From Sphaerodactylus townsendi (lineage: Eukaryota), in assembly GCF_021028975.2 (NCBI RefSeq), contig NC_059430.1:42656001-42720000 (forward strand): a stretch of DNA of 64,000 nucleotides, read 5' to 3'. Every line of letters begins with the position of its first letter. The stretch's first letter is position 1. The translations under genes were made by a program, and so were the position numbers. Positions 50,250 through 60,400 of this stretch are shown piece by piece. Below the pieces are notes generated by a model, which ran no database searches, was not told the origin of the DNA, and was given only the letters and a program-made list of their open reading frames with translations.

Positions 50250-52350
50250 ACTGGTCTACTGAATGGTGTGGTGATTTTTTGTTTGCTTTGATGTGGAAGA
50301 AATCAGGAATCCGGTCTTGAATCTTCAAAGGAGTCTTCACCTGTTAGATGTATTGTCAGTTTTTCGCTTGGCTTACTGTTTCTATAGTTATTTTCCCTGA
50401 AGTTAGAAGCACTTCTGATGCAAAGAAAATTCTTCAATGGTATTTTCTTTTTTCAGAAGAATCTGTCTTAGGAAATTGAGTTCAATTATTTTTCCTCAAA
50501 TAAGTGTTCGGCAAATCTTGATAGAGTGGCTATCCCAGACTTTTCTACAACTAGTGGTTCAGACCATTGTTTTCTGAAGTTAGAATCCCTTGTTTTCTTA
50601 TGTGTAAATAATATGGTTATATGTCTTGGAACTTTATTTCTGGTGGGAAATCTTGAATTAATTCCGTAAAATTTTGTTCAATATTAAAAATGTCCTCACC
50701 AGCTGTAATAAATCTTTGTAGAATCTCACCAAATTCTTTTTCAGGATCTTTTTTGCCTATTATTTCGGGAATGTTTTCAAACCATAGATTTCTCAATTGT
50801 CTATATTTCTAGAACTCTCTCTCCAGCAATTCGTATTCTTTTCTCTTGGCCATCTAACTGGCAAACATTTTCAAATAAATTTTTATTATGTTTACTCTAT
50901 CTTGTGCATTCTCCTGAATGTGCTTTTTAATTTTAGTCAAACTTGATGTTACATCCTGTCTGAAGTTCTGTAATTCTGTCTTGAACTCTGTTCTTATACT
51001 GAGTTCCAATTGGTTAAGCTCCTGTTTTAGGCTTTGAAGATCTTCTTTCATATTATTTTCTGCTTGACTGATTTGCATAGACATGGATTGGAGCTGTTTA
51101 ATCATGTCTGATGAGCTCACAGACATTGTTCAGAGTGTTGTGAGGCTTGATTAGTTTGCTTTTTATAAAAAAAATTTTCCCCAAAATAAGAGCACAAAGA
51201 AACCCCTCTCCCAGAGTAATACACTAACCCCAATAGTGAAGTCAGAACAGTTAATAATTAACAAATCTTTGAAGTTTTTAACAGCTGCAGTTTGTGTCCA
51301 GATACAATTTCTAGAGTGGAGGCAGTACATCAGAGTATATCAGGATAATTATAGAGGATTTCATGAAGGCTGAGAAAGTCTATTGTTTATATTAAAAAGT
51401 GGCATTTGAGATAATGGCAGGCTTTTGTTCTCATAGTCTATAGAAAATTGACTTCTTAAAAAATGGTATGTTGCTGTCTCTGGCTAGATGCTTAGTCCAC
51501 CAAAGCTTCACCCCCAGATTTCTCCACAGTCATATACTTTTATAAAGGGGTTCTTTGGCTGCCCATAAATTACACTAAAATTCTCTTATCACTGCAGCTC
51601 AAAGTCAGAAGAAGTTCAACATAACTTTCATTGCAGCATTAGTAAATCAACTTGTTTACTGTTGACCTTCTAATTAAATTATAGTCCGTCCTTAGTTATA
51701 AAGTTTCGTAACCAGTTGTAATCCATTTATCAAACTGACAGTTTCGTTATTAACTTTGAATTGTGCAACTCAAATAAAAAAAGTTTCTTATAAAAATTGT
51801 TTTAGTAATCTTTCAGTATTTTAGAAATCTTACTGCAGATCCATTAAGGCATTCAAAGAAAGCAAAAGTAACAGACTAATGAAAGGGGGAGTAAGAGAGA
51901 CGGAGAGGCTTTTTCTTTTGCTGAAGACAAGTTTTCAAATAAAACTAAATTAGTCCACCTGTTCAATTGAAGGTCTCCAGAACTTCTGTAGAGACAAGTG
52001 CTAGACCTGGTCTGCAGTAAAGCTTATCACCTGGCTTAAAGACCTGGCTTATCACCCCTTTCAGTAAAGTGTAGAAGAACTACTGGAAGCTCAAATTGGT
52101 TAAAGCACTATATTCTCTGGAAGTCTGATTTCTTATTTCTGATTAGTACAAGAAAGCACCTGCTCTTCCTTTGAATCAAATAAGTGTTTTCAAATATCTT
52201 GAGTTTTCAAATATTTTCACATCTAAAAATGGGGTGGAAACTAGGTTACCTGAAGTGGTGAGGTCTACTTCCCAACAGTTTAGCCAAAGATTGCTTCAAA
52301 GATGGAAGAGATCACCACTTAATGGAAAACTGCGCTATGTCCAATCTTGC
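50250..52350 (-). mobile_element. L1 5' part (5'UTR plus ORF1 remnant)
   Basis: Coiled-coil ORF 50854-51126 followed by an RNLWFENIPE..KKD RRM-like remnant; A-rich - strand. Confidence 0.65.
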
Positions 52351-52403
52351 AGTATATAAGGAACAATTTTGTCATGTCCCCCCCTTTAGGTGTTTGTTAC
52401 ATC

Positions 52404-52745
52404 TATGAAAACAGGGTTGCACTTATCTCTAACAGCTGCTCATTGAGTTGTCACCTGTGCAGTCACATATAGGCTCTCCATATGTGCAGGCCTACAACTG
52501 AGAGGTTTCTGAAGCTCAAAAATTCCTGAGCGGGCTCTATCCCCTCCCCCACACCATTTCCCCACCTTTTTGCAGAAAGATAAGGAAAGGACAGAGCACC
52601 CATCATTCAGTCCTTTCTGCAACCAACAGTGGCTACCAAGCATAAAATAGAAAGCTCACAGTGGAGCAGGAGGGAGGGATTTGTGACTGCACAGATGACC
52701 ACTCAATGAACAACAGTTACAAGAGAGTTAAACTCTGTTTTCATT
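52404..52745. mobile_element. Old MITE with ~65-bp TIRs
   Basis: ATGAAAACAG...CATTGAGTTGTCACCTGTGCAGTCACA / TGTGACTGCACAGATGACCACTCAATG...CTGTTTTCAT. Confidence 0.6.
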
Positions 52746-54562
52746 GTTGTGGTACCAGCGCAGTCCCACATGGGAGAGTTGTCAGCTGACTTACCAAGTC
52801 TATGAATCAATTGTGAGTTCTCAGTTGATTAGAGACTACAGTACTCTCTTCCCACAACCACATCACTCAGTGGCATCTACATCCCCATGTCCTAGAGTTA
52901 CTCATAATCCTTTCAGAATATATTTGATGCAGGAATAACAGAAAAGATGAAATTGTACTCCAAGATCTAAACTGTCCATCTTAGGCTGTGATATGATAGA
53001 TGAAATAATTGCTTTTGCTCAGAGCATCTTCTCTCTGGGCTTACAATTTGATCTATTTCACTTAATTAAGGGAACTTCTTCCTATACATAGGGATTGTCC
53101 AATCTAATCAGATTGCTATGCTTTTTAAAAATTTCCTGCTATGATCAGTTTTGTATGTTAAATCTCTTTCTCAAACTTAAATACTTTAAAATGTTTCTGT
53201 CCAGCCTCTCAAGTTCAAAATGCAGTAGGTGCCTCCCGAGTAGACTGCTTAAATGTCTGATTGCATTATTCTTAGCGTTCCATCTAATTAGTTGGTCTTT
53301 GTAAGGAAGGATTGTCAGACATAGTTTATTGGCTTGCAGAACCAAATTCTGTTCAGACTTATTTCGGGTTGCATTGTCATTTGGTATACCCTCATGGTTG
53401 GTGGCGGCCAAGGTCTTCACACTATCTTTAGCTGGCTGTAAGCCTGAAGGTCGTGTTAGTGCTTTGCGAAGATTGGCCACTTCACTCTCGAGCCGGTTCA
53501 GGGAGTTAAAAATGGCCTTAACAGTTCTGGCAACCCATAAGAGCATTTCAGAGCAATCATTAGGGCAGCTGCAAGCATTCTCGGCCAGAACACTGTCTGC
53601 AACACATGAGTCAGAAATATCTTTTCCACAGTTAACCTCCCTGACAGCTGAAGAGCTGGCCTCCTTTGTTTCTTCATCACGTAAGTCAGTTAGAGGGGCG
53701 TAGAAATTGGTAATTGGGAATCCAGACAGAGTTGGGCTATCAGCTTTAAAAAATTCATCTATTTCTGCAACCATCCCTAGCTGGCCAGAGATCACCACTT
53801 GTGAAGTGTGCAAGCTAATTGACACGTTACACTATGGGAAAGCCCCTGGTTTTGACCTTGTACCTCCTGACCTGATTAAAAGAAACACTGATTGGTGGGT
53901 ACCAGTCCTGGCAAAACTGTTCACCTCAATAGATAGATCAGGGAAAACCCCTAAGGGCTGGGAAATAGCTGTAATTGTCCCTACCTATAAAAAAGGGTGA
54001 TAGGAATACCCCTGAGAGTTATAGGCCCATCAGCCTACTTAGTACTATCAGCAAGCTATATGCTAAACATCTATGCTGGAAACTGAGAGACTGGCTGGAA
54101 CAAGGGAACCATTTAGCAGAAGAACAGGGGGGGCTTCAGAGAGGGATATTCAACACAGAATCACTGTGTAATCATGGACCATCTCATAGCTAAATACACA
54201 TCAAAGCCCCAGACCTCTCTTTATATTGCCTTTGTGGATTTTAAATCCGCCTTTGATTCTATCTCAAGAGATTTACTTTGGGACAAGTACCGATATACTT
54301 TGCTTAGTACCGATATAGATAAACGGTTACTAATGCTAATCAGGGCACTTTATCAGAATACCAGCATTAAAGTAAAATATAACCCACAAGGCTATCTAAC
54401 AAATGAAATCAAAAGTAGCAGAGGGGTCAAGCAGGGTTGTATTTTGGCCCCCTCCTTATTCAATTTTTACATCAATGATATTGTAGCCTTATTCAGTAAC
54501 CCAAAATTCCCCCCAAAATTGTTGACAAAAGTATCTCTTTACTTTTATATGCGGATTTAGCT

Positions 54563-54681
54563 TTGAATGAATCCAGCATTCCCATCAGCCTCTGTCAGCA
54601 TGGCCAATTGGCCGTGCTGGTAGGGGCTGATGGGAATTGTAGTTCCTGAACATCTGGAGAGCCGCAGGTTCCCTACCCCTG
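54563..54681. mobile_element. Partial hAT MITE inserted in the LINE RT
   Basis: Right TIR AGGTTCCCTACCCCTG identical to the 20129 element; TSD ATTTAGCT / ATCTAGCT. Confidence 0.72.
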
Positions 54682-55057
54682 ATCTAGCTCTTATCTCTAG
54701 AACCCCCATTGGCCTAAGGAGAGCCCTAAGGACCCTTGCTGACTATTCTCAGAAAAACCAGTTAGAAATTAACTATGAAAAAACCAAAGTGATGGTTTGC
54801 GCTACTAGACCTAAATGCCATATATGGAAATTAAATGGGAAAAAATTGGAGCAGGTTCTACTCTACAAATATCTGGGCGTAGTATTTCAGTCATCAGGAC
54901 TTAGAACGGCTCATATCAAATATGCTGTTGCAAATGCATCTAGAAGCTCTGGAGCTATTAGAAATTATTTCTGGAACAGAGGTGGGCATCATATTCCGGC
55001 TGCCATCAAATTATTTAAGGCCAAATCATTGGCGCAACTATCATATGGTACACCACT

Positions 55058-55447
55058 CACTTTTACAGCCCTGGCCCCTGCCTGGTGGAACACTCTTCCT
55101 CCAGCCGTCCGGGCCCTGCGGGATCTTGGTGAGTTCCGCAGGGCCTGCAAGACGGAGTTGTTCCACCGGGCCTTTGGAGTGTCCAGCCGCTGATATAAGT
55201 GCCCCCGCCTCCTCCTACATTTTGGGCCCATTACCATCTATGGGCCCACTCTTTTTCTCCCCTTCTGGGAGAGTTTAACAGGGATTGTTGCGGGCATTGC
55301 TGTTATTAGTCGTTCTTAATTGCTGCATTTTAACTTAAATTATTTACAGTCTATTATGTAACTGTTATTTTATGTTGTTCATCGCCCAGAGCCCTTCGGG
55401 GGTTGGGCGGTCTATAAGACTGAGAAATAAATAAATAAAATAAATAA
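55058..55447 (+). mobile_element. L2 3' end nested in the LINE
   Basis: FTALAPAWWNTLP...FRRACKTELF; CGCCCAGAGCCCTTCGGGGGTTGGGCGG hairpin plus (AAAT)n tail. Confidence 0.8.
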
Positions 55448-57201
55448 CCGGCTCCCTCTGCAATCTTGAGCGTCCTCAGTCAAAATTCTTGAGGTCTATC
55501 CTACAGCTCCCAAACAACATTTCGAACGCTGCTTTGCTTATAGAGACTGGCCTAATTTCAGTACAAGCAAAACTATGGACACTCTCTCTACTATATTGGC
55601 TCAGGCTATGCTATTGCCAGAGGGGTCTTGCAAGACTTGTCTTGTCTGACATATTTGTTCCCCCGTGGCTTAGAGCAGTTTTACGGAAACTATCACATTA
55701 TGGACTCTCTCAACAACTAATTACCAGCATGAATTATGATAGAGCTAGGGATCTTGTTAAACTTAGAATCATAGATGTCGAGAGGCAACACGGTCTGAAT
55801 AAACTTAAACACCCAATTTTCAGTAAAATAATGCTGGAATAAACTTTCAATAATGCCTTATCTTGGCGCTTTGCTTTGTTTAACGATTAACTATCCACGA
55901 CAAGAGCCCTCACGGCCTACTCCGTTACAATGCCCTTTCGTCCAACTATATCAACGGGATTTATAACAAAGTACCAACTGAGGGTAGAATTTGCAGTTGC
56001 CAAATAGGAGGTGTTGAAAACTCGGAACATATATTATTTGAATGCTCATACTATGATGAGATACGTTGGATGCTTCTGTCCTTTGACCAGACAAACTCTC
56101 CTTTGGCTAAGAAAGAAAAGGTTAAAATACTGTTATCAGATACCAATAAAAATCTAATGTATTCTGTTGCCAAGTTTGCCTGGATATCAAGTAAAATCAG
56201 GAAGGCCCGACAGAGCACTACTGGCTCTGCCAGCTAATCCTTATTATTAATTATTATTAGACTGACCTTCCACTCATTATCTTGAGCTGATGTTCTGAGT
56301 TTCTGAGGCCTATTATCTGCATTTTGTTAACTGTTTTAATCTGTATATTTGTAATATCTGTAAATTTTATGATTTTAATTCTTTTGGATCTTGCTGGTCA
56401 ATGACCGTAAATAAACTATGATGATGATGAAAATGTTTCTGAATACTGTCTGAAAGAAGTGATAGCAGAAATGATACCAAAATTAATACAAGTGATATCA
56501 GAAATGAAACATTTATAAATTAAATGAATGGTGCTTTCCTTACAGTTAGCAACTTGGAAGTCCCCTGTTTGGCTTCTGGCATGCTCATGGTTTGAGATAG
56601 GAAGGACTTCTTCCTGGTGAAGTGCAACTAAAGATATCTAAAATGCTTAAGGTATTGGACTGTTAACCAACACACAAGTCATAAACGACTCTTTAGTCTT
56701 TTGTAACCCAATTTATTCGCATACTTTGTGTTTTTATGCTTAATATTATATTCTCGTCTGCTTAAGTGTACTCTTAAATTTTACTATGGACATACAAAAG
56801 TTCTAAACCCACGCCTTATCTATTAACTACTGTACTCCTTCACAGATTAAAGAAAGAGGGGATATAGACTTCTTGCCATTTGAATAACAAAGCACCCTTA
56901 ACTACCTAGAGTTAAATACACAAAAAAACCCCATGAAAGTGCAATACTGATATGATTAACAAAAATTCTCAAATTAGAGATTACTGTAACAAGCATGTTG
57001 GTTCAATTACATCAGTCCCCAGATGAATGTGCCAGTGCCTTATCACAATAGCAAGAACTCTAGCTAATAAAGAAGGGGAGGACAAACTTCAGTTTCACCT
57101 GGATTGTTTTGTATCTGAGCCAACATGTTTTAACGCAAAAAACAAAAATAATGCTTTACATTACAGGCAATGTCTTCAACAGAAGAGTAGATAAACTCTA
57201 C

Positions 57202-57347
57202 CTTTTCTAACTTCTGATTAACATCCCCTCTGGTTGTAATTTTTACTTCAAATTCTGCTTCATACTCTTCTCCCATGTATCGACGACGTTTAGAATGGAC
57301 AGTGTCCATATCCTCCGATTTGGAGCGCTTCCTTCTTGATGACTCAC
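57202..57347 (-). CDS. ATF7IP: ATF7IP exon (146 nt): basic NLS-like motif and start of SETDB1-binding region; 5'-most exon in window
   Basis: ttctag|GT...AAG|gtagag; ESSRRKRSKSEDMDTVHSKRRRYMGEEYEAEFEVKITTRGDVNQKLEK. Confidence 0.95.
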
Positions 57348-57456
57348 CTAGAAACACAGGGCACAATCTTTAAAATGCAACAGACAGAAAGACCACCAGA
57401 ATATTCTTTGTTCTGAGGCACATATCTATTCAAGGAATACCAAAAATCATTAGGAA

Positions 57457-60400
57457 AACAACAGGTTGGACTTACCATGAGGCTGTCTTTTCTTCATTGG
57501 GATGAAGTCATCCAGGCTGATTAGGTCACGTCTCCAACTGTTCAGGCAGGGCTATGCAATTTTTTTTGCTACCCTCCTGGACTGTAGTGGGCTGGCCCTT
57601 CCAGGAATACATAGCCATGCTCTACTAGTAGTACTGTACTCAATTTTAAATATAAATATATGTATTTATATTTATTTATGTATTTATATTTAAAATTGAG
57701 TACAGTACTACTAGTAGAGCATGGCTATGGTATTCCTGGAAGGGCCAGCCTCCTACAGTCTAGGAGGGTAGCAAAAAAATTGCATAGCCCTGCCTGATAT
57801 ATATATATCCTCTTCACTAATCCACTCATTACTCTTAGGGTGGGAAGTGGATGAGTTTACCCCACTGAAGTGATGACAACCTGTAAGTCCAACCTGTCAT
57901 TCTTCTTCAGTGGGACGAAGTCATTGAGGTTGGTTATATACGTAAATCCTCCCAAATGGGAACAATTTCTCTGGCACACATATTATCTGGCTTTCCTCAA
58001 AGTTCCTGTAGTGCCATGTTGTAGGGCTTTTCTTCTAAAGGCAACCTCAGCTGAAGCTTGCTGATCGAGTCTATAATGGTGCGCAAACACAGAAAAGGAA
58101 GACTATGTGGCTGCTCAACATAACTCTGCCACCGGAGCTTTGGAAGTGAAAGCCGCTGATGTCACTGCAGCTCTGGTGAAATGCGCAGTTACGCGTCCCA
58201 GTACCTGCAAATATTGGCATTTGTCGGCTATCTGAATACATTGCTTCACCCAACTGGCAATGGTCATTTTTGAAACTGTTTTTCCTTTATTCCACTTACC
58301 ATAAGCAACAAATATAGAATCTGTTAGCCAAAGGACTGAGTTCTATCATTATAAAATTTTAGAGCCTTCCTGACATCAAGGATATGCCATTCCTTTTCCT
58401 TTGGATGAACTAGGCTTCAGACAAAAGGATGGAAACACCACCAGTTGACTCAAATGAAATTCAGGTTTTACTTTAGGAACAAATGATGGATTAGTCTCAG
58501 TATCTACTGACTCCTTGTTGAAAAACATATCTCCTTCCTTATGTAAAGGTGTTCCTTATGGCAACACCACTGGTTGACTCAAATGAAATTCAGGTTTTAT
58601 TTTAGGAACAAATGATGGATCAGTCTCAGTGTCACCCAACTCCTTGTTGAAGAAACATAGCTCCTTCCTTATGTAAAGGGCCCGCAGCTCCAAGACCCTC
58701 CTAGCTGAGGTAATGGCTATAAGAAAAACCACCTTCTAAATTAAAAAGGACACATCCATCCTTCACAAGGGTTCAAAGGGTTTTCACATCAAAGCTTTTT
58801 AAAACTCTCCCCAAGCTCCAGAAAAGAAACCCTTGCACAACAAGAGGGGACTGCTGAGATTTGCCATTTAAAAAACTCTTAATCATGGTGTTTCTGGCTA
58901 GGTCTTTGAAACTTCTTTGTACCAGGACAGCTGAAAGAGCTGAAACCTGCCAATGTAGGGTGTTGGGTCGTAACCCTATTTTCCACCTATGACAAAGAAA
59001 GGTAAGGATATCCATAAGGGATGGTTTCAAAAGTGAAAGTTTCCTTTCCCATGCCCACTTTCTAAAGGTATACCACATGAAATCATTTATACGATTTGTG
59101 GAGTCCCTTCTTGAACCCAACATTATATTAACTACCTATCTAGGTAGGCCCAATCTCTTTAGGTCTGCCCCTTTAATAGCCACACTATCAACTGAATCCA
59201 TGAAGGATCTGGGTGGACTATACGTCCTTGACTGAGTAGATTTTCGTCTAATGGTATTCTCCACAACATTCCCTGTGACAACTGTACCAAGTATCAGAAC
59301 CATGGTCATTGTGATCAAAACGGGGCCACTAAAATTAAGGTGATGCCTTTCTTTCTGACTTAGAATCTTCCCCAATAAGGGAAGTGGAGGAAAGCCATAA
59401 AGTAGACCTTTTGGCCACTGAATCCTGAGGGCATTCACCCGCTTTACCTGTGGTTCCCCAAAAACAAGCACAGAACCTGGGAACCTTTCTGTTCGCCACT
59501 GAGGCAAACAGGTCTATCTCAGGTAGGTTGAACCTGTTCACTCTCTAGAAAGATTGTCTGATGAATACACCACAGGTTCTGTCCCCGGTCCTTTCAGCTT
59601 AGCCAGCTGGCCTGTGTGTTTGTTACCCCAACATTTTGCTATGATGCTTTGTACATTTTTTTTCTGCCCAAGTAGGGTCTTTACTGCTTCCTGATACAAC
59701 ATCAAGGGCTTCATGCTCCCCTGCTTGTTTATGTGGGCCTTGGCTATTGGTCTGGACAAACACATGCTGTTTTTTTAGCCTGTTGCTGAAAGTACCCAAG
59801 CAAAAGGCCTGCAATTCCAGATAGTGATGCTGAGCTTCTGCTCCACTACTGACTAAATGCCCTGGGTCACTAGTTCCTGGCAATGAGCGCCCCAACCACA
59901 TTTGCTGGGATTGGTAGTTAGCATCAGTTGAAGGGGCTAGAGAAAGGAAATTCCCTGTTTCAGGTATCCCAAGTTGGACCACCACCTAACCTGTCTTTTA
60001 ATCTGCTGTGTCAGTGGTAACCATTTGTGTCTTTTTTTTTTGCACATGCTGCTGTGATGGGGTAGCAGAACGTACCGTAGGAGATGAGTGTGCAACCTTG
60101 CCCAGGGGAAAATATTGTTTGTCAAATTTAGTCCATCAGGTCCATCAGATCTTCTCTTTGCTTGCTACAGGTAAGTAGAATCATCCCCTGAATCTTGAAT
60201 TGTTTTTCCTCTGGCAAGAAAACCTTCCCTTGAATTGTATCTATCTTGGCTCCCAGATGATTAGGTGTATAACTGATATTAGGGAACTCGTCTCCCTGTT
60301 GATGAGGAATCCATGTTCCTCCAATATCTAGACAGTCTGTATCATGTTCTTCTGGAGCACCTCTGAGGAAGCCCACAGGAGGTTGTCATCCAGGTAAGGA

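Larger units (their letters stand above)
52957..56425 (+). mobile_element. Non-LTR retrotransposon (RTEX-like, clade uncertain) with inverted 5' segment
   Basis: + strand RT (GKAPGFD, YRPISLL, AFVDFKSAFDSI, GVKQGCILAPSLFNFYIND, YKYLGV) and C-terminal CxC..H...C knuckle, AATAAA-(ATG)n tail; ORF1-like ORF on - strand 52957-53770; TSD GATGAAA(T/A)TGT. Confidence 0.75.

Noticed and set aside
54630-55193. 187-aa ORF as a novel protein
   Set aside because: Chance in-frame chimera of MITE, LINE RT and L2 fragments
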